Translations under genes and position numbers: made by a program
The notes under the pieces: generated by a model
Database searches by the model: none
Told to the model about the DNA's origin: nothing
Seen by the model: only the letters and a program-made list of their open reading frames with translations
Assembly: GCA_038826135.1 (NCBI GenBank)
Contig: JAWBON010000033.1
Location: 1-12,519, forward strand
Length of the DNA stretch: 12,519 nucleotides
DNA from: Candidatus Odinarchaeota archaeon
GTDB taxonomy: Archaea > Asgardarchaeota > Odinarchaeia > Odinarchaeales > Odinarchaeaceae
Direction: 5' to 3'
Shown here: in pieces, positions 1 to 7,482 of the stretch
How the letters are laid out: each line of letters begins with the position of its first letter
Numbering within the stretch: the stretch's first letter is position 1

Positions 1-294
1 ATAGTCTCCTCTTTTAAAAGCCTTGAACCGTTTTTTGAAAGAAAAGATTTAGAAATAGCTTACGCATCCGGTTGGGCGCTTAAATATAAGCCTAGAAGCT
101 GCTCAGCTGCTTTTCCTTTAAGCAGCCACGCAGACTACTATCAACTATTAAACTTTGTTGAAGCATGCTCACCTAAAAAAGTATATACGTGCCATGGTTT
201 CGCGGCGGATTTAGCGAAAGCCATAGAAGTCAAGCTAGGGATTAGAGCTCAACCTCTCCAGGATATATTTCAGAAAACACTGCTGGATTTTTAA
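1..294 (+). CDS. C-terminal part (5'-truncated by window edge) of an MBL-fold beta-CASP family nuclease with C-terminal PIP-like motif
   Basis: Frame 1 is open from base 1 to TAA 292-294: ...IAYASGWALKYKPRSCSAAFPLSSHADYYQLLNFVEACSPKKVYTCHGFAADLAKAIEVKLGIRAQPLQDIFQKTLLDF*. SGWA, LSxHAD (motif B) and VYTxHG (motif C) are typical of the beta-CASP C-terminus. Not in the ORF track because the start is outside the window. Confidence 0.85.
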   Translation: MVSSFKSLEPFFERKDLEIAYASGWALKYKPRSCSAAFPLSSHADYYQLLNFVEACSPKKVYTCHGFAADLAKAIEVKLGIRAQPLQDIFQKTLLDF

Positions 295-322
295 TTTACA
301 CAAAAATAGGTTTCATAACTTA

Positions 323-502
323 TTATGATAATGGAAACATCAAGTACAGGAAGAAAACCGCTAACATTATCAGAACGGATCCGATTACCACCGCTTTAGG
401 ACCAACCTTTAACCCTGTTGACTCATCTTGGAAGAATCTAATCAAGCCAGCGCCCGCTATAGGCATCTGCGCCTCTTCCCTTCTCTTCCTAGTTTTAGAC
501 AT
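323..502 (-). CDS. secG: Preprotein translocase subunit Sec61beta (archaeal SecG), 59 aa
   Basis: Manual translation: MSKTRKRREEAQMPIAGAGLIRFFQDESTGLKVGPKAVVIGSVLIMLAVFFLYLMFPLS*. Basic N-terminus, GAGLIRFF-x-DE-xx-G-x-K-V-x-P signature and one C-terminal TM helix. SD-like AGGTGG upstream of ATG 502. Not listed in the ORF track. Confidence 0.92.
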   Translation of the reverse strand: MSKTRKRREEAQMPIAGAGLIRFFQDESTGLKVGPKAVVIGSVLIMLAVFFLYLMFPLS

Positions 503-536
503 AACATCCCACCTGAATCTAAATTATCAGTATAGA

Positions 537-559
537 TTTATAAGACTAGCGTTATAAAA
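537..559. promoter_or_regulatory. Putative TATA elements in the divergent secG/glyA intergenic region
   Basis: TTTATAAG at 537-544 (reads CTTATAAA on minus) lies about 35-40 nt from both start codons. A second TTATAAAA is at 552-559. Motif match only. Confidence 0.4.
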
Positions 560-582
560 TTGAATTATTAGGATGTGGTGTA

Positions 583-1899
583 ATGACTTTCGAACATGAT
601 TATGAAACTATCTTCGATTTAATCAAGCAGCATCATAGTTGGATGTCTAACACTATTAATCTGATAGCTAGCGAGAATGTGGCTTCAACAGCTGTTAAAG
701 AAGCGATGATATGTGATTTCGGCGACAGATACGCTGAAGGTTGGCCTGGTGAAAGAGTCTACGCTGGCTGTAAATACATAGACCAGGTTGAGTTAATAAC
801 AGCTAAGCTGGCGAGACAGCTTTATAACGCTGAATTCGCTGATGTTAGACCGATTTCCGGTGTAGTCGCCAACTTGGTAGTGTACACGGCTTTTACAAAT
901 CCAGGTGACCGTATAATGGCTTTATCCATACCTGACGGCGGTCATATAAGTTCCGGTAAGGAGAAGATGTGGGGGACAGCTGGTAAAGTTCACGGTTTAA
1001 AAGTTCAAAACTTTGTTTTCGATGAAAAAGAGATGTGCATCGACTTAGATGCTACGAGAAAGAAAATAAAAGAGCTTGAGGAGAAAGGGGATCATATCTC
1101 ATTATACCAGTTAGGGGCAAGTGTTTTCCTGTTCCCGCACCCGGTTAAAGAAATTAAAATGATCGCTGAAGAATACGGGGCGTTCGTCAACTATGATGCA
1201 GCTCATGTAGCCGGCTTGATAGCTGGTAAACGCTTCCAGGACCCTTTAAGAGAGGGAGCTGACTCAATGACCTTCAGCTCCCATAAGACCCTGCCAGGCC
1301 CGCAGCACGGTGTTGTTCTATCATGGAATAAATACGCTGAATACATTAAGAAAGCTGTTTTCCCCGGGAGTACAAGCAACCATCATCTTCATAATGTAGC
1401 CGCGCTGGGTGTAGCTCTAGCTGAAATGATGAAGTTTGGAGAAGAATATGCTTCTCAAATTGTTAGGAACGCTAAACAACTGGCGGCTTCACTTTACGAA
1501 TTAGGGTTTAACGTTGTCGCGGAGCATAAAGGTTTCACAGAATCTCATACTATCCTTGTTGACATATCTAAACTAGGGGATGGAATGCAGGTGGAGCGTG
1601 ATCTAGAGATGGCTAATATCATAGTTAACAGGAACCTCCTTCCCTGGGATATTAGAAACGGTAGAGATTATATGAGGCCGGGTGGAATAAGGCTTGGTGT
1701 AAGCGAGGTGACTAGACTAGGGATGAGAGAGTCTGAGATGAAGGTGATCGCTGAACTGATTAAAAAAGTTGTGATTGATAAAAAACCAGCTGAAAGAGTA
1801 GCTCAAGATGTTTCACAGTTGAGGAGAAACTTTCAGAAACTCCATTACTGCTTCGATTCAAGCAGAGGAGCCTATGAATATATACAGTTAAGGAAGTGA
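583..1899 (+). CDS. glyA: Serine hydroxymethyltransferase, archaeal type (PLP-dependent)
   Basis: NLIASEN, YAEGWPGERVYAGC, GGHIS, YDAAHVAGLIAG, SSHKTLPGPQHG (PLP lysine) and GIRLG motifs; 438 aa, full length. Confidence 0.97.
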   Translation: MTFEHDYETIFDLIKQHHSWMSNTINLIASENVASTAVKEAMICDFGDRYAEGWPGERVYAGCKYIDQVELITAKLARQLYNAEFADVRPISGVVANLVVYTAFTNPGDRIMALSIPDGGHISSGKEKMWGTAGKVHGLKVQNFVFDEKEMCIDLDATRKKIKELEEKGDHISLYQLGASVFLFPHPVKEIKMIAEEYGAFVNYDAAHVAGLIAGKRFQDPLREGADSMTFSSHKTLPGPQHGVVLSWNKYAEYIKKAVFPGSTSNHHLHNVAALGVALAEMMKFGEEYASQIVRNAKQLAASLYELGFNVVAEHKGFTESHTILVDISKLGDGMQVERDLEMANIIVNRNLLPWDIRNGRDYMRPGGIRLGVSEVTRLGMRESEMKVIAELIKKVVIDKKPAERVAQDVSQLRRNFQKLHYCFDSSRGAYEYIQLRK

Positions 1900-2064
1900 A
1901 ACAGTTATAGATATATTTAATAGTGAATTTAAATATAATAATTAAAGGGTGTCCGAAAAAAATTGGGTTTTAGGATACCTGTTTTACTATATAACTATAA
2001 AATCAGTTAATATTCTCCACCGAATCTTCCTATAAATAACCATTGATTATGAAGGGGGATTAAC

Positions 2065-2913
2065 TTGTTAGCTAAAGATTTAATGACAGTGGATTTTAAG
2101 TTTGCTGAAGTTCCTGGAACAAGGCAGGACGCTATTGAATTATTCAAGAAATACGGTGTTTCAGGTCTACCTGTTCTTAAAAAAGGTACCTCAAAAGTGC
2201 TTGGAATAGTTACAAGAAACGATATGATGCGTAAACCATCTGAAACCCAGCTAGCTCTTATAATGTCTAGGAATCCTATAACCATTTCAGAGAATACACC
2301 GATTCAAGAAATCGCTAAGATCATGTTGGAGAAAGATGTAACATATCTGCCTGTAGTCGACGGAGAGGATATGAAAGGACTTGTAACCATAGCGGATGTT
2401 ATCTGGAAAGGTATAGCCAAGCTTGAACTCACCAGCAGTATAAAACCGTACGTTTTAAGACAGGTAACCGCTATATGGGATAAAACCCCTATCAACATAG
2501 CTTACATAATTCTGCGTCTAGCTAAAACCCAGTCTCTAATAGTTTTAGACGACACAGGTCAGTTAACAGGAATAGTCACAGACGGTGACATAATATCTAA
2601 AAGCGAGGTTAAAATCGAAGAGAGTACATCTAATCTCCACTCTACAGGTGAAGGATCCGACTGGGACTGGGAGTCCGCTAGCATACTCTATATAACTAGA
2701 AGAGTCCTCCACCTGCCAGCTAACCCTATCTCAGAGATTATGGTAAGAAATGTTGTAACAGTTAACGAGTATACGTCGATATCTGATTGCGCTAATAAAA
2801 TGAGAGCCTATGACATCGACCAGATGCCTGTGTTGAATGCTGAAGGAGACTTAACAGGTTTAATCAGAGACGTTGATCTTTTAAAAAGCTTAATGACTAG
2901 AAAAACTGGCTGA
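2065..2913 (+). CDS. Tandem CBS-domain protein (two Bateman pairs), probable adenylate-binding regulator
   Basis: Four CBS repeats (GLPV..GIVTRND, YLPVVD..GLVTIAD, LIVLD..GIVTDGD, QMPV..GLIRDVD) and an acidic DWDWE insert. TTG start 5 nt after SD GGGGGA (2054-2059). Confidence 0.9.
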   Translation: MLAKDLMTVDFKFAEVPGTRQDAIELFKKYGVSGLPVLKKGTSKVLGIVTRNDMMRKPSETQLALIMSRNPITISENTPIQEIAKIMLEKDVTYLPVVDGEDMKGLVTIADVIWKGIAKLELTSSIKPYVLRQVTAIWDKTPINIAYIILRLAKTQSLIVLDDTGQLTGIVTDGDIISKSEVKIEESTSNLHSTGEGSDWDWESASILYITRRVLHLPANPISEIMVRNVVTVNEYTSISDCANKMRAYDIDQMPVLNAEGDLTGLIRDVDLLKSLMTRKTG

Positions 2914-5900
2914 GCTGCGATTGCTTAACTTTATCGCTTTCGAAAAGTGCTTTAATATTCATTTTAACTATTTCTAATCTATCAGATAAGTACGCTGGTA
3001 ACTTATATTTATCAATCATTTTCTCAGCGACTTCAACGTATTTTTCAATACCTCCTTTATACACGGTTGGAAGTATTTTACCGCCGCAACCTTTATTATA
3101 ACATACACCGTTTAACGGGACACGCCTATATTTTTTATTACAACGCTGGCATCTGAACTGCTGTTTCGTGAAAGCGCCAAGGTTTCCTATAATATCTGGG
3201 AGAAAATGTGATAATATAACCCTTAACGCAACATCTGAAACATTAACAGCTACTATTTTCTCAGCCATACCAAGCTGGGCTTCAACTTTCTCCAGCATAG
3301 CTCCAAGCCTCTTATAAGAGGTTTCAACCGGCCCTCTATTAATGTCAGAGGTGTTATGGGTGAACTTGAAGCATTCAAACACATCCGCTCCGCTAAGACG
3401 CTGTTCAACTATAGGTATCATTTTAGAAATCCTCTTCGGCTCAGTTAATTTTAACGTCTCCTGGTAGAATTCCAGAGGATACCCTGAACCCACATCTAGA
3501 TTCCAAACCTCATCATCAACCTCGTAGGGGTTAAGCCTTGTTGTTAAAACCAGAGGCGCATCCATCATACCGCCTCTTTTGCCTGGAAGGAAGCTCTTAC
3601 TGAAGTTTAAAAGAGCGTCTAACCCTAACATTATCGAATCCTCATCCGAATCACAATTCCTCCTCTTCGCCGCATGCCAGAACGGGTGAGCGTAACCAGT
3701 GCTGGTGCTTGTAAACCCTACGATTCTACCTAGAATACCCGCAGATGTGTGAGGTGCTAGACCGATAATTAAATGACCTATAAGATCAGCCGGGTTGCTA
3801 ACATTATAGTATGGTTTCAACCCGTAATGCTTCTCTAATAATTCATCTACGAATTTAGCTGTTTTAACAAGACACGCTGCAGCAGCTTCAGGTATAACTA
3901 TATCTTGAACCTTTAACTCTAGGATTTGATCTTCACATGTGAGAGGATTACCCTCATAATCATGTGTGTAGCCTAATTCAACCAGTTTTGAAACAGGGGT
4001 TTTCACCTCCACTGGTTTGAAATGAGTTAAAGGCGTGTTAGTAGTGTCAAACCTTATAGTACCATCCTTGTAGACGCTAAGACTGTATTTGGATCTTAAA
4101 ATCCCTTTCTCCAACTGTTCAGGAATCTTTAAATCACTCATCATACCTACAACGCATTTAACATCAACCCCGTTGCTGAGCCCCAGTTTTTTTAAAGCTC
4201 TCTGATATATTAAACGGATATCCAACTCTCTTTTCTCAAATGGTTTAGTCTCGATTTTACAATTCGGGCATACAGGCTTATTTAAACGTGCTCCGCAACT
4301 ATTACACACGTTTACAATTATGGATCTGCCTCCGCAGCTGTCACATATTGATTGAAGTGTCCTCCTACCGCACTTAGAGCACTGGAGGTTGGCTACTTCA
4401 ACCTCAATTAACCCTTTTTCACAAGCTGTTAATATACTTCTTTTACTACCCCCTGACAGCCCTATTGGGAAAAGAGAGTTTACAGGCGGTGTCATCGCCC
4501 GCATTTTAGCTTTCTCCGGCCTACCCATACGCGCCCCTATGTAATGAGGGGCTTTAGCCATAATCTTAATATTTGAAATCTTGTTAACCGCGTCTAACCC
4601 GTTGACCGCGTCTTTCCCAATCTCCTCCACACCAATCTTATTAGGGTTCATCACACCTAAAGATTCTAGAAGAGGCTGAGCATGCTCCTCTATAATTATT
4701 CTATCACCCTCCAATCTATGCGGTAAACATATTTTTTCCAAGATCTCTTTAACACCTGATTCAACAGGCAGCTTCAATATAGTGCTCTGCGGAGAGTGTG
4801 AGGCAACCACAATATCACGGAGTTTTATAACATCTCCCGCGCCTATATCATGCCAGTGATATGTGTAATCCGGGTGAAGCGGTATTGAAAGAATCTTAGA
4901 TATTAAGATAGCTTCATCAGGGCTCGGTTTAACCGTCAACGGTTTATTTACAAGCTCCATAAGTCTTTCCGTTTTAACCCCCACTCTTCTAGCCGCTTCC
5001 CCGTAATCGCCGGCTAAGTTTTCTCCCACACTTTTCCTTAAATCTTGAACCCACCATTCAGGAACATATCCTGATCTTATAAGTGGGTGATTGTTTTCAA
5101 GGAACTCACCGTAACCGAAGAGAAGATCCCCTAGGAAAAGTATTTTTTTAACATTTTTACCGTGTTTTAAAGCGTCTTCAACAGTGTTAATTCGAATAAC
5201 AGAACCGTCTTTTAACAGCACTGTAGGCCCGTCTATAGTATCCACAGGTAGTACAACAGAACCCTTCCCCGGTCTTTCAGTTCTTATATGAGTTCCAGGG
5301 GCTAGGAAACCGTCTAAAATATACATTGTAGCCGGGTTAACACCTGACGCTGCTAAACCAGTGTTCCGCGACCGCCCGTATCTTAATCTGAAGCCGCCTA
5401 TAGCTGAAGGGTGAGCGAAAACAGGGCGGCCGGCTATTACATCAGAAATATATTTTGAACTCGGCTGTATTTCACTTATACAAGACTGGGTTTTACTATC
5501 ATTAGCAGAGGCACGCTTAATATTTTTAAGCCAATCCCAGCCTTCAATTCCAATACTTTGAACAATTTTAGCTATTTTAGGAGCCTTAGATAACACTCCG
5601 TCGTTTAAAACCAGAACCGCCCCACCTCTCACACGGTTTGTTTCAATCCTAGGCAGGTCTCTGAAACCAGATACCTCCTCTTTTTCAGTAGGCTCCCCTG
5701 TGATCTCAACCGGTATATTCCTCAGAGCCTCCCTCCTTTCTTCAACAGTGCTAGGATACTGGAGGTTCATTATCTTATCATATATTTCAATCTCTTCTAC
5801 AAATCTCTCTATCTCCTCTTCAGTAGGCTTATAACGTTCTAAACCGAGGAGTTTACGCACAAAATCCCCTACTATAACTGTTTGAGCGGCTTCAGTGCCG

Positions 5901-6346
5901 CCGGCGGCTCTAATAGGCCCTGCGAAATAGATCGCTAAGTACCGTGACCCGTCAGAATTATTTTTTATTTTCACACCGGCTATACCCTCTATAGGCCCAG
6001 CGGTAATACCCTCTGTTAAAATAGCTAAGGCTGCGCGGATAGCAAGCTCCGCCGCTTTCTCTTCATCAAACCGGCCTAGCTTACCTGTAGCGATTTCCTC
6101 AGCTATTTTAAAAGCCACCTGCTCCCTGCTCATACTCGCCGACAGGTCTCTTATCCTCTCAGCCACCCCTTTAGGGCCTATAAGCCCTTCAACTCTAGCA
6201 GCAACATCCCTGGCGGGTGTGATCTCCGGCTCAGTGTCAGGGTCAAGCCCTATACTTCTAGCCTGACGTGCAATACTATATATTTCATTAAACTCTTCCT
6301 CAAGTTTTTCAAAATATTTTTTAGTAGACTCGTTCAATTGCTGCAA
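2897..6346 (-). CDS. polC: DNA polymerase II (PolD) large subunit DP2
   Basis: 1149 aa with YFAGPIRAAGGT, FRLRYGRSRNTG, GARMGRPEKA, AAKRRNCDSDED (catalytic Asp pair), Cys4 zinc modules and C-terminal PIP box QSQLSQFF. TTG start 6 nt after SD GAGGT (6357-6353). Length leaves no room for an intein. Confidence 0.98.
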   Translation of the reverse strand: MQQLNESTKKYFEKLEEEFNEIYSIARQARSIGLDPDTEPEITPARDVAARVEGLIGPKGVAERIRDLSASMSREQVAFKIAEEIATGKLGRFDEEKAAELAIRAALAILTEGITAGPIEGIAGVKIKNNSDGSRYLAIYFAGPIRAAGGTEAAQTVIVGDFVRKLLGLERYKPTEEEIERFVEEIEIYDKIMNLQYPSTVEERREALRNIPVEITGEPTEKEEVSGFRDLPRIETNRVRGGAVLVLNDGVLSKAPKIAKIVQSIGIEGWDWLKNIKRASANDSKTQSCISEIQPSSKYISDVIAGRPVFAHPSAIGGFRLRYGRSRNTGLAASGVNPATMYILDGFLAPGTHIRTERPGKGSVVLPVDTIDGPTVLLKDGSVIRINTVEDALKHGKNVKKILFLGDLLFGYGEFLENNHPLIRSGYVPEWWVQDLRKSVGENLAGDYGEAARRVGVKTERLMELVNKPLTVKPSPDEAILISKILSIPLHPDYTYHWHDIGAGDVIKLRDIVVASHSPQSTILKLPVESGVKEILEKICLPHRLEGDRIIIEEHAQPLLESLGVMNPNKIGVEEIGKDAVNGLDAVNKISNIKIMAKAPHYIGARMGRPEKAKMRAMTPPVNSLFPIGLSGGSKRSILTACEKGLIEVEVANLQCSKCGRRTLQSICDSCGGRSIIVNVCNSCGARLNKPVCPNCKIETKPFEKRELDIRLIYQRALKKLGLSNGVDVKCVVGMMSDLKIPEQLEKGILRSKYSLSVYKDGTIRFDTTNTPLTHFKPVEVKTPVSKLVELGYTHDYEGNPLTCEDQILELKVQDIVIPEAAAACLVKTAKFVDELLEKHYGLKPYYNVSNPADLIGHLIIGLAPHTSAGILGRIVGFTSTSTGYAHPFWHAAKRRNCDSDEDSIMLGLDALLNFSKSFLPGKRGGMMDAPLVLTTRLNPYEVDDEVWNLDVGSGYPLEFYQETLKLTEPKRISKMIPIVEQRLSGADVFECFKFTHNTSDINRGPVETSYKRLGAMLEKVEAQLGMAEKIVAVNVSDVALRVILSHFLPDIIGNLGAFTKQQFRCQRCNKKYRRVPLNGVCYNKGCGGKILPTVYKGGIEKYVEVAEKMIDKYKLPAYLSDRLEIVKMNIKALFESDKVKQSQLSQFF

Positions 6347-6362
6347 AACTATACCTCTTCAC

Positions 6363-6674
6363 CTAGTCTTCCGCATATATCCTGCACAATATTAAAGTCT
6401 TCCAAGGGGGTTGACTGCCTGTTCTCTTCTTATAATCTTCACCCGCTGTTAGCTTTCTCTTCTCAATACACTTATCACAAACCTCGTGACGTGGATCAGA
6501 CGGGCCGTCACAGTTACAGCAGTGAAGTATTAAAACCTCTCCCAGACTACCTATAGTAGACCAGAAATACTCATCCTCATTGTATTCAGGTTTAAAAGAA
6601 GGCCATTTTTCAAAACCCGCTTGTTTATCAAGTGAATCCCTTAACTTAGCGAAGAATTTCTCAAACCCTGTCGT
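6363..6674 (-). CDS. Small Cys-rich putative zinc-binding protein, 103 aa, no canonical start codon (ACG proposed)
   Basis: Frame is open from 6698 to TAG 6365-6363: (T/M)TGFEKFFAKLRDSLDKQAGFEKWPSFKPEYNEDEYFWSTIGSLGEVLILHCCNCDGPSDPRHEVCDKCIEKRKLTAGEDYKKRTGSQPPWKTLILCRIYAED*. It has CxxC-x10-CxxC, fills the gap between two co-oriented genes, and has GGAGGT (6687-6682) 7 nt before ACG 6674. Its stop abuts the polC SD. Confidence 0.7.
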   Translation of the reverse strand, partial: TTGFEKFFAKLRDSLDKQAGFEKWPSFKPEYNEDEYFWSTIGSLGEVLILHCCNCDGPSDPRHEVCDKCIEKRKLTAGEDYKKRTGSQPPWKTLILCRIYAED

Positions 6675-7381
6675 ATAATATACCTCCAGTTCTTTCTTCT
6701 ATCCCTAAACAGGGACTTAACTCTTTTAATAAATACAGTTCTCAACCATCTAAAAGTATCTAGCAAAGGGTTAATTTTAGATTTCTCAAAACCGTATTTG
6801 ATAGATATGGGCGCCTCCTTGATAATAAACCCCTTCTGCCTCGCATCTATAAGTATCTCAGTCTCAGCTGCAAACCTGCGGTCACGTGTTTCAACAATCT
6901 TCAGAACAGCTGCCTTAAAAGCTCTGAACCCGGATTGACTGTCTGTAACTGGCACCCTGAAAAAAAACCGTAAAATCGCGGAAGTAATCATGTTACTTAT
7001 AATTCTCTCAGCCGGCATAGCTTGAATATTCTCTTTTGTAAGGAATCGTGAACCCACCACTATATCTGAACCAGTCTTCTTCAAATATGAGAGTAGTCTT
7101 TTAATCTCAACAGGTTTATGCTGGTAATCCCCGTCTAAAGTGACGACGATACTCGCCCCCGTCTTTAAAGCCGTCTTGAAACCGGTTTTCAAAGCCACAC
7201 CTTTTCCCATGTTAGTCTTATGTCTTACCAGTATCACATCCATGTGTTTAACAATCTCAGCGGTGTCATCTACACTACCATCATCTACCACAATCACCCT
7301 GTCCACATATTTACTAGTCTCCTCCACAACCCTTCTAATATGAGCTGACTCATTATAGGCAGGGATCACCGCGACAATCAT
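6641..7381 (-). CDS. GT2 family glycosyltransferase (DPM1/polyprenol-phosphate hexose synthase-like)
   Basis: VIPAYNE, VVDDGSxD, N-x-GKG-x-A, TLDGDYQH (DxD), GSRF and DSQSGFRAF motifs. ATG 7381 follows SD GGTGGT and is preferred over the track's TTG 7393. Confidence 0.92.
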   Translation of the reverse strand: MIVAVIPAYNESAHIRRVVEETSKYVDRVIVVDDGSVDDTAEIVKHMDVILVRHKTNMGKGVALKTGFKTALKTGASIVVTLDGDYQHKPVEIKRLLSYLKKTGSDIVVGSRFLTKENIQAMPAERIISNMITSAILRFFFRVPVTDSQSGFRAFKAAVLKIVETRDRRFAAETEILIDARQKGFIIKEAPISIKYGFEKSKINPLLDTFRWLRTVFIKRVKSLFRDRRKNWRYIIRQGLRNSSLS

Positions 7382-7425
7382 TAAAACCACCAAGACTTAT
7401 CAACTATCATAGTTCATAATTAGAA

Positions 7426-7435
7426 TTTATATTTA
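7426..7435. promoter_or_regulatory. Putative TATA element between divergent GT2 and mtaB genes
   Basis: TTTATATTTA (TAAATATAAA on minus) lies about 45-50 nt from both starts. Motif match only. Confidence 0.35.
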
Positions 7436-7482
7436 ACTAAACCCTTCTATTAACCGTTCAGTAAAATATAACACGGTTTGAT

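Noticed and set aside
1900-2064. Possible C/D box sRNA or tRNA in the largest intergenic gap
   Set aside because: No RUGAUGA/CUGA box pair and no cloverleaf found.
2007-2498. Track ORFs 2007..2285(-) and 2304..2498(-)
   Set aside because: Antisense shadows of the CBS gene with no recognisable motifs.
3086-3151. DP2 C-terminal Zn module has CxxxxC (CYNKGC) in its second knuckle
   Set aside because: All four Cys ligands are present; a 2-residue loop insertion is ordinary variation.
3638-3655. DP2 catalytic motif reads CDSDED rather than the more common CDGDED
   Set aside because: Both catalytic Asp residues are retained, and I recall this variant in other archaeal DP2s, so there is no evidence of inactivation.
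6338-6556. Track ORF 6338..6556(+), 72 aa
   Set aside because: Ser/Pro/Leu-rich shadow of the better-supported minus-strand Cys-rich ORF; it would also run antisense over the polC start.
6701-6716. Hairpin TCCCT-AAAC-AGGGA near the GT2 3' end, tested as a second BHB intron that could supply a start for the Cys-rich ORF
   Set aside because: Flanks give no 4-bp central helix with 3-nt bulges in the registers I tried.
7452-7478. Inverted repeat AACCGT-N15-ACGGTT upstream of mtaB
   Set aside because: Only 6-bp arms and a single copy; compatible with chance, and no regulator can be assigned.
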